DNA of 64,000 bases, taken from Cyanobacteriota bacterium (lineage in GTDB: Bacteria > Cyanobacteriota > Cyanobacteriia > PCC-6307 > Cyanobiaceae). The notes beneath the pieces were generated by a model. That model saw only the letters and a program-made list of their open reading frames with translations, was not told the DNA's origin and searched no databases. Both the position numbers and the translations under genes were made by a program. Positions 54,948 to 64,000 of this stretch are shown here, in pieces. Position 1 is the stretch's first letter; every line of letters starts with the position of its first letter. The stretch lies in assembly GCA_046052125.1 (NCBI GenBank), contig JBJOMY010000003.1:224001-288000 (forward strand), in the 5' to 3' direction.

Positions 54948-55393
54948 CAGTAGCCCGGCAGGATCTGACGGGGATTCACCTGGGCCAGCAGCGTGTTCAA
55001 GCCTGAAGTGGTGCTGGAGGCGGGGGGCTCCAGATACACCAGCTTTTCGCTGGAGGTGGGCTCCAGCAGCGCCGGCTTGCTGGTCATCGAGAGGTGGTGC
55101 TGCTCAAGCACAGCAGCCGATTCCTGCAGACGGTGCTCCAGCCGTTGGGCCGCCTCCAGTTTCTGAAAGTTCTGGGTCCATTGGCCCTGCCAGTGCAGGG
55201 TGAGACCACTCAGGGCCAGCACAGCCACACCCAAGCCGAGCAGGCCACCATCAGCCATGCGGTGCAGGTTGCCCAGCCAAGGCGACTGCTTATCGGCACG
55301 GCGGGAGGACAGCGATCCCTGAATCAGCTCCAGGGGCCGGGCGCTGGATCGCCGTTGACCCTCCTGGGTCTGTTGCAGCGGTGCGGCGACCAC
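54947..55393 (-). CDS. FtsL-like single-TM plus coiled-coil protein upstream of ftsI
   Basis: One TM segment followed by a coiled coil; coupled to the ftsI start. Confidence 0.55.
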   Translation of the reverse strand: MVAAPLQQTQEGQRRSSARPLELIQGSLSSRRADKQSPWLGNLHRMADGGLLGLGVAVLALSGLTLHWQGQWTQNFQKLEAAQRLEHRLQESAAVLEQHHLSMTSKPALLEPTSSEKLVYLEPPASSTTSGLNTLLAQVNPRQILPGY

Positions 55394-55482
55394 GGGTGCG
55401 TCGATGAACTGCGCAAGTGAACCACGCGCTCCGCCCCTCAGCAAGGGGAAGCGTCATGGCTTGAGACTCAAGCGCTGGTCGA

Positions 55483-56892
55483 CTACCAGCCCAGCACCAC
55501 CAGATTGGCGAAGGTGAGGGCGTTCCAGAGGGCGTGCATCAGCACACAGCTGCCCAACCGCCCGCTTTGCAGCCGCAGCCAACCGAGGCCGATCCCCAGT
55601 ATCAGCAGCGGAAGGAGTTCCCCGAGGCTGAGGTGGGCGACGGCAAATACCGCTGCGCTGAGCAGGATGCCGCCAGTGCTCCCGAGCTTGCGGGCTGCCA
55701 CCGGCAGCAGTGCCCCTCGGAAGATCGTTTCCTCAAACAAGGGAGCCAGCACGATCGCCGTGATGCCGAAGCAGGTGAGGGCTGGCACGTTGTGACTGTT
55801 GAGTACCAGTTCCAGCAGGGGGTTGCTGCCGCCGGGATCACCCCAGAGCTGTCCTTGGAGCCAGCCCACCAGGCTCACCAGCGGCAGCACCATCAACAAT
55901 CCCTTCAGGGCCTGGCGCAGGCTGCGGCTCAGGGGCGGCCAGCGGAACTGAAGCGGCATACCTGCAGCGTCCCCCTGGCCCCGCAGCATCAGCGCAAGGA
56001 TCAGAAGCGGGCCGGCCATCAGGGCTAGATAGAGGCACACCACGGTGATGCCCTCCCGCAGCGGGCTGGCGATTGCCAGTTGCTGCAGCACGCCCCCCAC
56101 CAGTGGGGCCACCACAAGGGGTGTCAGCAATTCGCCGATCACTACGAAGCCGCCGGCAATCAGCAGCACCGCATCGAGTCCGCTCAGCAGCGGGCCCTGC
56201 AGCGCTGGCGCTTCGGCGGCCTTGCCCCGCCAGGTCAGCCATAGCTCCCGCAGCAGGGCCGCGATGCCCACCAGCAGCAACACCACCGGAAGCACGGTCA
56301 CCGCCAGCAGCTGCCGGGCGGCCTGCCGGCTGGCGGCTGCGGCGCCGCAGGCCTGATCGCCCAACAGGGCCTCACAGCTCCACTGCCGCAGCAGCCCCCC
56401 CTGCGGGATGGCGGTGATCAGCTGTTGGCGCTCTGCCTGTGGTGTGGTGCTGGCGGGGGCTTGGAGCGCTTGGGCCAGGGCAGCCCAGGTGTCATCTCCC
56501 CTGGCGAGTTGCTGCAGCAGGTCATTCGCTTGCTGCGTTTGCCCCAGATGGCGCAGCAGCAGGGCCTGCTCCAGCTGTAGATCGAGATCAGGGTCGCCGC
56601 CGCTCTCCTGGGCCTGATTCAATTCCGTGCGGATCGCTTCTTGAAGCGTTTTCACCGGGTTGCGTCCTCCCAGCAGCGGCTGAAGTGGGCCGCTCAGCTC
56701 TGGTTCTGCCAACACCGCCAGCTCCAGCTGCCGCCGGTTGAGGTCGTTGCCCACGGAGGGACGGCTGAGGCTGTCGATCAGGCCGTTGAGCCAGAGCAGC
56801 AGGCTGAGGGCGAGGCTCACCAGCGCCAAAGCCGCTTTCCAACCCGGTGCGCCGCCCTCGGGCCTTCCGCCTGGCCTGTTGGCTGCTGTCAC
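55483..56892 (-). CDS. CPBP (CAAX/Abi) intramembrane metalloprotease
   Basis: APLFEETIFRG, FAVAH, HALWN. Confidence 0.9.
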   Translation of the reverse strand: MTAANRPGGRPEGGAPGWKAALALVSLALSLLLWLNGLIDSLSRPSVGNDLNRRQLELAVLAEPELSGPLQPLLGGRNPVKTLQEAIRTELNQAQESGGDPDLDLQLEQALLLRHLGQTQQANDLLQQLARGDDTWAALAQALQAPASTTPQAERQQLITAIPQGGLLRQWSCEALLGDQACGAAAASRQAARQLLAVTVLPVVLLLVGIAALLRELWLTWRGKAAEAPALQGPLLSGLDAVLLIAGGFVVIGELLTPLVVAPLVGGVLQQLAIASPLREGITVVCLYLALMAGPLLILALMLRGQGDAAGMPLQFRWPPLSRSLRQALKGLLMVLPLVSLVGWLQGQLWGDPGGSNPLLELVLNSHNVPALTCFGITAIVLAPLFEETIFRGALLPVAARKLGSTGGILLSAAVFAVAHLSLGELLPLLILGIGLGWLRLQSGRLGSCVLMHALWNALTFANLVVLGW

Positions 56893-56990
56893 CCTGCGCC
56901 TGCTCCGTGGTGCTGATCAGCGCAGCATCTCACTGCTGCTGTTGTGCTGAAAGCCAACCAATACGATGCCTTTTGCTCCAACGTGCGCCT

Positions 56991-58343
56991 GTGTCTCTCC
57001 GGATCCTGCTGGTTCGCCATGGCCTGAGCAGCTTCAATCTGGAGCACCGCATTCAGGGGCGCGACGACCTCTCCAGCCTCACCGAGGACGGGGTGAAGCA
57101 GGCCCTGGCCACCGGTGAGGCTCTGCGGGATCTGCCCCTCACCGCCGCCTACAGCTCGCCCCTGCGCCGAGCGCACGACACAGCAACGGCGTTGCTGGCC
57201 GCCCATGGCGGCGGCCTTGAGCCCAGCCTGGATGACGACCTGCTGGAGGTGGATCTCGCTCCCTGGAGCGGCTTGCTGAGCAGCGAAGTGCGCGAGCGCT
57301 TCCCCGAAGACCACCGCACCTGGACCTTCCATCCCGAACAGCTGGAGCTGCAACGGGCCGATGGCAGCCGCTACGCCCCGATCCCTGAGCTGATGGCCCA
57401 GGCGCAGCGTTTCGCCGAGCGCCTGTTGCAGCGCCTCGATCCCGCTGCTCCCGGCAGCCAGACCGTGCTGGTGGTGGGCCACAACGCCATCCTGCGTTGC
57501 CTCTTACTCACCCTGCTGGGCCTGCCTGCCTCTGGCTTCAGACGGCTCCGCCTCGATAACGCCTCCCTGTCGGTGCTCAACCTCAGCGCCGATGCCGATG
57601 CGGGCCTATCGGTGCAGATCGAATCGCTCAACGGCACCACGCATCTCCATCCCGAGGTGTGCGGCAGCACCCTCCCCGCCAAGGGCACCGGTCCGCGCCT
57701 GTTGCTGGTGCGGCATGGGGAAACCGACTGGAACCGCCAGGGGCGCTTCCAGGGACAGATCGATATTCCCCTCAACGACAACGGCCGCGCTCAAGCGGCC
57801 GCCGCTGGTGATTACCTGCGCCGGGTGTCGTTCCAGCGGGCCTACACCAGTTCGATGGCCCGGCCCCGCCAGACCGCTGAAGGCATCCTGCAGCACCATC
57901 CCGGTGTGCCGCTCACCAGCTTGAAAGACCTGGTGGAGATCGGCCATGGCCAGTGGGAAGGCTGCCTGGAGTCGGAAATCTCCGCCCAGTGGGGGGCGCT
58001 GCTGGCTGATTGGAAGCGGGCGCCTGAAACGGTGCAGATGCCCGATGGCGAAACCATTCACGATGTGTGGGATCGATCGCTGCGGGGTTGGAACACCATC
58101 GCCTCCAGCCTTCACAGCGATGAAACCGCCCTGGTGGTGGCTCACGACGCCGTGAACAAAACCATCCTGTGCGCCTTGCTCGGACTCAACCCCTCCGATA
58201 TCTGGGCGGTGAAGCAGGGCAACGGTGGAGTCACAGTGATCGATTACCCCCACGGCGCGGATCAGCCACCGGTGGTGGTGTGTCTCAACCAAACGGCCCA
58301 TCTTGGGGGTGTTCTGGATCGCACCGCTGCCGGGGCCCTATGA
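56991..58343 (+). CDS. Two-domain histidine phosphatase (phosphoglycerate-mutase family)
   Basis: Two LVRHG motifs, each followed by a QG motif and a C-terminal GH/AH. Confidence 0.92.
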   Translation: MSLRILLVRHGLSSFNLEHRIQGRDDLSSLTEDGVKQALATGEALRDLPLTAAYSSPLRRAHDTATALLAAHGGGLEPSLDDDLLEVDLAPWSGLLSSEVRERFPEDHRTWTFHPEQLELQRADGSRYAPIPELMAQAQRFAERLLQRLDPAAPGSQTVLVVGHNAILRCLLLTLLGLPASGFRRLRLDNASLSVLNLSADADAGLSVQIESLNGTTHLHPEVCGSTLPAKGTGPRLLLVRHGETDWNRQGRFQGQIDIPLNDNGRAQAAAAGDYLRRVSFQRAYTSSMARPRQTAEGILQHHPGVPLTSLKDLVEIGHGQWEGCLESEISAQWGALLADWKRAPETVQMPDGETIHDVWDRSLRGWNTIASSLHSDETALVVAHDAVNKTILCALLGLNPSDIWAVKQGNGGVTVIDYPHGADQPPVVVCLNQTAHLGGVLDRTAAGAL

Positions 58344-59638
58344 CACCAAGCCCGGACCCGCCGCTGTTGCTGCAGCAGGTTCAGCTGCTTGAAGCGGAGG
58401 GTTCAGAGCCGCTGGCCTGCGATGTGCTGATCAGCGAGGGCCGGCTGGCGGCGCTCGGTGCCGCCGCCGCCGAGCGAGCCACGGTCCTTGGCGCCCAGGT
58501 GCTGGATGCCCGGAGCTGGCTGTTGGCGCCATCGCTGGTGGATCCCCATTCCCATCTGGAGGATCCGGCTACCGGCACAGCTGAAACGCTCCACTCCCTG
58601 GAGCGCTCAGCGCTTGCGGCTGGCTATGGAACGGTGGCGCTGCTGCCGCGCGCCCTGAGCTGGCGCGATCGGCCTGAGCGCCTGCAACCCCTGGCACCCA
58701 CCAGCCCTCTGCAGCTGTTGCTCTGGGGCAGCTTCAGCCATGGCGCTGCCGGCCAGGACCTGGCCGCCCATGGCGATCAATTGGCTGCCGGAGCGGTTGG
58801 TTTGGCGGAGGGGGATCAATGCCCTTCCCTGGCGCTGCTGGAGCGGGGCCTCACCCTGGCGGAATGCGGGGCAATGCCAGTGCTGCTGGCCCCCCGCGAC
58901 GCCAGCCTCAGCCAGGGCGGCGTGGTGCGCGATGGCGTGGATGCCCTGCGCGCGGGCTGGCCCACCGATCCCTCGATCAGTGAAACCCTGCCGCTGCAAA
59001 GCCTGCTCGCCATGGCACAACGCCATCCGCAGCGGCGTCTGCAGCTGATGAATCTCTCCACGGCCGAAGGGGTGGCCCTGCTGCGCCAGCTGCCTGCCCA
59101 CCAGCGTCCGGAAAGCACTGTGTGCTGGTGGCACCTGCTGGCGGATAGCGGCAGTCTTGATCCCATCGCCGAGGGTTGGCGGGTGGTTCCGCCCCTGGGC
59201 ACCCCAGCCGATCGCCTGGCCCTGCAGCAGGCTCTGGCCGATGGCATCCTCACGGCCGTGGCCGTGCACCACGAAGCGCTCGATCCGGAGGAGCAGCTCC
59301 TGCCGCTGGATCAGCGCAAGCCCGGCGTGGCGGGCCATCGCTTTGTGCTGCCGTGCCTCTGGCAGGAGCTGGTGGTGCGGCGTGGCTGGAGTGCGGCTGC
59401 CCTCTGGCGTGCCCTCTGTTTTGGGCCAGCCCGGCTGCTGGGCCAGGAGCCTCCTCGGCTCGCGGAGGGTTCGAGCCGCTGGCTGCTGTTTGATCCCGAG
59501 CGCCCGTGGCGGGCGGCTGAGGATCCCTGGGGTCCCAGGGCCGCGAATCAACCTCTCAGTGGCGCCACGCTCACGGGCCAGGTGCTGGCCACGGGCCTCA
59601 GCCCTGGGTTGGGGCGGCTGCCGGTTTCACCGGGCTGA
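58340..59638 (+). CDS. Dihydroorotase-like amidohydrolase (PyrC-like)
   Basis: LVDPHSHL, AAGYGTV, PPLG; several metal ligands look degenerate. Confidence 0.8.
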   Translation: MTPSPDPPLLLQQVQLLEAEGSEPLACDVLISEGRLAALGAAAAERATVLGAQVLDARSWLLAPSLVDPHSHLEDPATGTAETLHSLERSALAAGYGTVALLPRALSWRDRPERLQPLAPTSPLQLLLWGSFSHGAAGQDLAAHGDQLAAGAVGLAEGDQCPSLALLERGLTLAECGAMPVLLAPRDASLSQGGVVRDGVDALRAGWPTDPSISETLPLQSLLAMAQRHPQRRLQLMNLSTAEGVALLRQLPAHQRPESTVCWWHLLADSGSLDPIAEGWRVVPPLGTPADRLALQQALADGILTAVAVHHEALDPEEQLLPLDQRKPGVAGHRFVLPCLWQELVVRRGWSAAALWRALCFGPARLLGQEPPRLAEGSSRWLLFDPERPWRAAEDPWGPRAANQPLSGATLTGQVLATGLSPGLGRLPVSPG

Positions 59639-60350
59639 GCGGATCGGTGCTGGTGAGCTCACCGGCGGTGCTGAGGGGCCAGAAGCGCCAGAAGGCGCGG
59701 CCGATGATTTCGCTCTCCGGCAGGAAGGCACCACCGGGCCAGAAGCGGCCGTCCCAGCTGTTGCCACGGTTATCACCGAGCACCAGCACGTGCCCCTTCG
59801 GCACGGTGGCATTGAGGGTGCGGCAGGGACCCATGCCTAGGGCATCCACCGGGCAGTAGTTGCTCACATAGGGCTCCTTGAGGCGCTGGCCATTCACGCT
59901 CACCTCGCCGCGGGGATTGATCACCACCCGATCACCGGCCACGGCCACCACCCGCTTGATGTAAGCGTCGCAGGCGGGTTCCTGCAGGCCCGGCACCAGG
60001 TTCACCAAGGGCAGGTTCACCACCAGGCAGCGCAGCGGTCCGGCCTGATGCGCGGGTTTGAGCACCGGATCGAAATGATGCGGCGCGTGGAATACAACGA
60101 TCTCTCCGCGCTTCGGGGGACGCTGGCGGTAGCTCAGTTTCTCCACCAGCAGCCGATCCTGAATCTGAAGGCCCGGCAGCATGGAGCCCGAGGGGATGTA
60201 GCGGGCCTCGATCACGTATTGCCGTACCCCAAGGGCGACCCCCAGGGTGATCAGGACGCCCCGCCAGAACACCCAGGGGCTCTCTTGTTCGGGCTTGCCC
60301 TGCGGTTGGTTTGATTGCGGCTCGGCGGCGGACGGTTCTGGGCTGGACAA
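59598..60350 (-). CDS. lepB: Signal peptidase I
   Basis: IPSGSMLP (Ser), YIKRVVAVAGD (Lys), GDNRGNSWDGRFW. Confidence 0.96.
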   Translation of the reverse strand: MSSPEPSAAEPQSNQPQGKPEQESPWVFWRGVLITLGVALGVRQYVIEARYIPSGSMLPGLQIQDRLLVEKLSYRQRPPKRGEIVVFHAPHHFDPVLKPAHQAGPLRCLVVNLPLVNLVPGLQEPACDAYIKRVVAVAGDRVVINPRGEVSVNGQRLKEPYVSNYCPVDALGMGPCRTLNATVPKGHVLVLGDNRGNSWDGRFWPGGAFLPESEIIGRAFWRFWPLSTAGELTSTDPLSPVKPAAAPTQG

Positions 60351-60412
60351 AAGCTGCTGCTGCCGGCGGCGGTTGGAAGTGAGGCAGATTAGGGCCGTTG
60401 CCTCACCGTGAG

Positions 60413-61909
60413 ATGGTTCGTCCGCGTTGGTTGTCGACCCAGAGGGTCACGGCCTCGCGGCTCTGGCAGCACTGGGATCGGGGCGTGGCGCTCTGGGCGA
60501 GCCTGAACCTGGCCCTGGTGCTGTTTGACATCACCTACATCCCCCTGCGCACGTTCTGGTTACAGCGCAATCTCACGCCGCTGCCGCAGGTGCCGCTGGT
60601 GGTGCCGCTCACGCTGCTGCCCGACATCACACCGCTCTATGACCCGGTGAAGGGCATCGAGCCCCATCGCGAGACCCAGTCCTATCTCGAGGCGTTCCGC
60701 CGCCTGGATCAGGCCCTGCTCGCGGCTCCACCATCCGCCTCCACTGCCAGCACCGCCACCGCAGCCCTGCGGCGCCGCCAGGTGGAGATCACTGAGGCGA
60801 TGATCAACGAGAACCCGTTTGCCGCCTCGGGCAACAGCGGCACTCTCGAGAAGATCAAAAACCGCCTGCGGCAGCGCGCCGGTGATGACTCCGCCAAGCA
60901 AGCGGCGCAGCGCCTGCTCAGCGATGCCTGGCTGCAGCAGCACAGCTGGCAGCAGGAGCGGCGCTTCTGGCAGCAACAGGTGCTGCCGCTGGTGGCCACC
61001 AGCTACTGGCGCTCGATTGATGAGAACGGCAGGCCCAGCGATCACTTCTGGCGCCTCGATCTGCTGCTGTTTCAGAGCGTTTTCGCCTTCGACATCCTGC
61101 TGCGGATGCTGCGGCTGCGGCGACGCTTCCCAGGGCTCAGCTGGCGTGATGCGCTGCTGCGGCGATGGATTGATCTGCCGTTGCTCTTGCCTTTCTGGCG
61201 TTGGATGCGCGTGGTGCCCGTGGTGGAGCGCCTCAGCCAGTGCGGCCTGATCAATGTGGAGCCGCTGCGGGCGGCGGTGAGCCGGGCGGTGGTGTCGTTG
61301 CTGGCGCTGGAGCTGTTTGAGGTGCTGGCCCTGCAGCTGGTGGATGGCACCCAGTCGCTGATCCGCTCGCCCCAATGGCCCAGCCGGATCCGCAGTTTGC
61401 GCAGCCATCAGAGCGTGAGCGGGGTGGATGACCAGCAGCTGTTGGATCTGATCCGGCTCTGGGGACCGCTCCTGCTGGGCAAGGTCACCCCGCGTCTGGC
61501 GCCTGAGTTGCAGTCGCTGCTGGGCCATGCCCTGCAGCAGCAACTTCGGGAGGTGCCCGGTGGCGCGATTGTGCCGGTGGGTGTCAGCCGTCAGTTGGCC
61601 GGTGGTGTGGTGGAGAGCCTGTTGGATCTCTCCCGCAGCACCGCCGAGCGGCTGGCCCGTAATGACGATCGCCAGAGCGAACTGATCCAGCAGGCGATCG
61701 ATCGCTTTTGGGAGGAGCTGGCCGCAGCACTGGAGCAGCCCGGCACCCTGGAGCGCAGTCAGGATCTGCTCTGTGCGCTGCTGCAGCAGCTCAAGCTCAA
61801 CTATCTGGCCCAGATGAACAGAGCTGGCATCGACGCGCTGATGGATGAGCTCGATGAGCTCACGGTGCCCATCAGCCCGCCAGAGCCGCCTGCCACTCCT
61901 CCGGTTTGA
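60413..61909 (+). CDS. Conserved hypothetical membrane protein
   Basis: NLALVLFDITYIPLR..., YDPVKGIEPH, ENPF...GTLEKIKNR; long ORF with host-like codon usage. Confidence 0.75.
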   Translation: MVRPRWLSTQRVTASRLWQHWDRGVALWASLNLALVLFDITYIPLRTFWLQRNLTPLPQVPLVVPLTLLPDITPLYDPVKGIEPHRETQSYLEAFRRLDQALLAAPPSASTASTATAALRRRQVEITEAMINENPFAASGNSGTLEKIKNRLRQRAGDDSAKQAAQRLLSDAWLQQHSWQQERRFWQQQVLPLVATSYWRSIDENGRPSDHFWRLDLLLFQSVFAFDILLRMLRLRRRFPGLSWRDALLRRWIDLPLLLPFWRWMRVVPVVERLSQCGLINVEPLRAAVSRAVVSLLALELFEVLALQLVDGTQSLIRSPQWPSRIRSLRSHQSVSGVDDQQLLDLIRLWGPLLLGKVTPRLAPELQSLLGHALQQQLREVPGGAIVPVGVSRQLAGGVVESLLDLSRSTAERLARNDDRQSELIQQAIDRFWEELAAALEQPGTLERSQDLLCALLQQLKLNYLAQMNRAGIDALMDELDELTVPISPPEPPATPPV

Positions 61910-62246
61910 AGCCCACCAGCGGCGTTCCGGAAGCGGTGATGGCAAAAGGCCGTTTGATCAACTTGCCGTCGGCGGCCAGAGCGGCCAACGCGTCCTGATC
62001 GCTCATCGCGGCCACCACGGCGCTGCCCAGGGCTCGATAGCTCTGGCCGCTGGTGTTGAACAGCCGCTTGCGTCCCAGGGCAGTGAAGGCTTGATTCAGT
62101 TCCTCTGGAGTGGGTGGTTGCTCGGTGATGTTCACCAGCTCCAGGTTGCCCCCGTCCACAGAAAAGCCCTGCTGGGCGAGCCATTGCAGGGCTTTACGGC
62201 AGGTGCCGCATTGGGGGTAGCTGTAAATCCGGAGCGCCTGGCTCAC
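61872..62246 (-). CDS. ArsC/Spx-family thioredoxin-fold protein
   Basis: CGTCRKA, LFNTSGQSYR, KLIKRP. Confidence 0.9.
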   Translation of the reverse strand: MSQALRIYSYPQCGTCRKALQWLAQQGFSVDGGNLELVNITEQPPTPEELNQAFTALGRKRLFNTSGQSYRALGSAVVAAMSDQDALAALAADGKLIKRPFAITASGTPLVGFKPEEWQAALAG

Positions 62247-62602
62247 TTGCCGATCAGGCTCTTCAGAGCGCCCACCAGGCTGTTGGAGCCCTTGCCCACA
62301 CCACCTTGGGGACGGGTGCGCACGGTCACATCGCCGTTCACGCTGGTGCGGCAGCTGAGGCGGTAGTTGGCAGGGCGGTCAGCCAGGTACACCTGCTCCA
62401 CATCGCTGCGGGGGGAGAGGTTCTGCATGCCTTCCACCACTTCCACCACGCAGGTGCCGCACTGGCCCACGCCACCGCAGTTGTTGAGGTTGTTGAGGCC
62501 CTTGTAGGGATTGATGCCGGCGTCGATGGCGGCCTTGCGCAGGTTGGCCCCCTCGATGCAACCGACCTGCTGGCCTTCCTGTTCGAAACGGATGGTGGGC
62601 AC
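62243..62602 (-). CDS. 2Fe-2S ferredoxin-like protein
   Basis: NCGGVGQCGTC...RLSC; GTG start at 62602. Confidence 0.9.
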   Translation of the reverse strand: MPTIRFEQEGQQVGCIEGANLRKAAIDAGINPYKGLNNLNNCGGVGQCGTCVVEVVEGMQNLSPRSDVEQVYLADRPANYRLSCRTSVNGDVTVRTRPQGGVGKGSNSLVGALKSLIGK

Positions 62603-62755
62603 GGTCGGACGGGGATCTTCGGCGCCGACAAACTTACCTGGCCGGAGACGCTTCTTGATGCCCCTGTTGAGGGCTGACACCAAATCCGTAGGCCTCAATG
62701 GGCGCGATCCGCTCCCGCCACCGCTCTTTAGCATCGGTTCAAAGGCTCGAATCCG

Positions 62756-63412
62756 GTGCAATCAGCAGGCTACGAACGGCTCCAAAGCCAGGTGATTCCC
62801 GGTTACGGCAGCCTGGCGCGCCTTTCGGTGGCCCTGTTGGCGGCCTCCGCCGCTGCTTCAGCCGATGGTGCCGAGGTGTTGGTTGCGGGTTGCGGCACCG
62901 GCGCCGAGCTCCTCGAGGCCACGGCCCAGCGCCCCGATTGGAGCCTCACGGCCCTTGATCCCAGCGCTGAGATGTTGCAAGAGGCCCAGCGCCGCCTAGG
63001 CGGTCAGGGCCGCCTTCAGTGGCAACAGTCCACCGTTGAAGCGCTGGTGGATGCCCCTGGCATGGCGGGTCGCTACGCCGGCGCACTCTCGGTGCTAGTG
63101 CTGCAATCCCTCCCTGATGACGGCAGCAAACTCGCCTTCCTCTCCGCCTTGGCCCGCTGCCTCAAGCCCGGTGCGCAGCTGGTACTGGTCGACCTGATGC
63201 AGACCAGCCTGCCCTCCCTGGAGGGGCAGCTGGATGCGGCCTGGCAGGGTTTTCAGCGTGCCAGTGGACTGGATGCCTCCAGCCAGGAGGGGCTACATCC
63301 GATCGGCCTCGCCCGCCTCACCAGCCTGGTGAATGCCGCCGGCTTTGGTGATCCAGCCCGCGTCTTCCAGGCCCTGGGCTTCGAGGGGTTCCTGCTCCAG
63401 CGCCTCAGCTAG
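62756..63412 (+). CDS. Class I SAM-dependent methyltransferase
   Basis: [25 protein letters not shown]. Confidence 0.85.
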   Translation: MQSAGYERLQSQVIPGYGSLARLSVALLAASAAASADGAEVLVAGCGTGAELLEATAQRPDWSLTALDPSAEMLQEAQRRLGGQGRLQWQQSTVEALVDAPGMAGRYAGALSVLVLQSLPDDGSKLAFLSALARCLKPGAQLVLVDLMQTSLPSLEGQLDAAWQGFQRASGLDASSQEGLHPIGLARLTSLVNAAGFGDPARVFQALGFEGFLLQRLS

Positions 63413-63930
63413 GCCCCGTTCCGGCCGGCTGCTGCGATGCAGCGCTCCAGCAGGGCGGGCACGGCATCGGCATCGAGCCAGCCGCTGATCTCCACCACCC
63501 GGCCTTCCAGGTTCTTGTAGGTGCGGAAAAATTCCGCCACCTCCTCCAGCTGGTTGGGCGCGATTTGACGGATGCTGCGGATGTTGCGCTGGCGGGGATC
63601 GGCGGCCGGCACGCAGAGCAATTTGCCGTCGTGGGCGCCGCAATCCACCATGTCGAGGATGCCGATCGGGCGCGCTGTGATCAGGCAGCCGGCGAAGGTG
63701 GGTTCATCCATGATCACCATTGCATCGAGGGGGGCTCCGTCCTCGGCGAGGGTGTTGGGAATGAAGCCGTAGTCGAACGGGTAGCGCACGGAGGAATGCA
63801 ACACCCGATCCAGCACCATCAGGCCGGCATCGGCGTTGAATTCGTATTTATTCCTGCTGCCTGCTGGGATTTCCACCATCAGGTTCACCAGCCCTGGCGC
63901 CGGTGAGGCCTGCAGACTGCGCAAATCCAT
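63409..63930 (-). CDS. ppa: Inorganic pyrophosphatase (family I)
   Basis: [41 protein letters not shown]. Confidence 0.96.
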   Translation of the reverse strand: MDLRSLQASPAPGLVNLMVEIPAGSRNKYEFNADAGLMVLDRVLHSSVRYPFDYGFIPNTLAEDGAPLDAMVIMDEPTFAGCLITARPIGILDMVDCGAHDGKLLCVPAADPRQRNIRSIRQIAPNQLEEVAEFFRTYKNLEGRVVEISGWLDADAVPALLERCIAAAGRNGA

Positions 63931-64000
63931 GGGCAGTGGCGGGAGAGCTGGCAGTGGGTGATGGATGGCGGTCGCCGATCACGCTGCCCAGGGGCACCAC

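Overview
High-GC picocyanobacterial chromosome segment (Synechococcus/Cyanobium-like; inferred from Hli, cyAbrB, Tic22, CAB-domain ferrochelatase, EF-hand transaldolase and HoxEFUYH). From about 40.5 to 64 kb it is ordinary core genome (ilvB, hemH, cobO, pyrH, frr, tal, ftsI, lepB, ppa and others). Bases 1 to about 40.47 kb are an accessory region with four parts. (i) A poly-gamma-glutamate locus: a capB/pgsB missed by the ORF track, divergent from a large CapA lipoprotein. (ii) A stress/regulatory block: cfa, a group-2-like sigma factor, four ribbon-helix-helix genes, cyAbrB, GAF-GGDEF, Hsp20, tandem SpoIIAA-like, a second CapA, PEBP, Hli and an orphan NarL/LuxR regulator; several of these families recall the mycobacterial DosR dormancy regulon. 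(iii) A lower-GC secretion module: two double-glycine-leader peptides with Q-x-N/QGN amyloid-like cores, each followed by a terminator, then a C39-peptidase ABC transporter, HlyD and a protein with an RTX-type C-terminus. (iv) An about 19-kb co-directional fermentation cluster, ppsA-hoxEFUYH-hoxW-hypABFC-nifJ-DHODH-like-hypDE, ending in a HicA-like/eRF1-like fusion gene. Working hypothesis (inference only): an aggregation/matrix plus low-oxygen survival region. No rRNA, tRNA, CRISPR array or IS element was recognised. All family calls come from reading motifs by eye; no database search was run.
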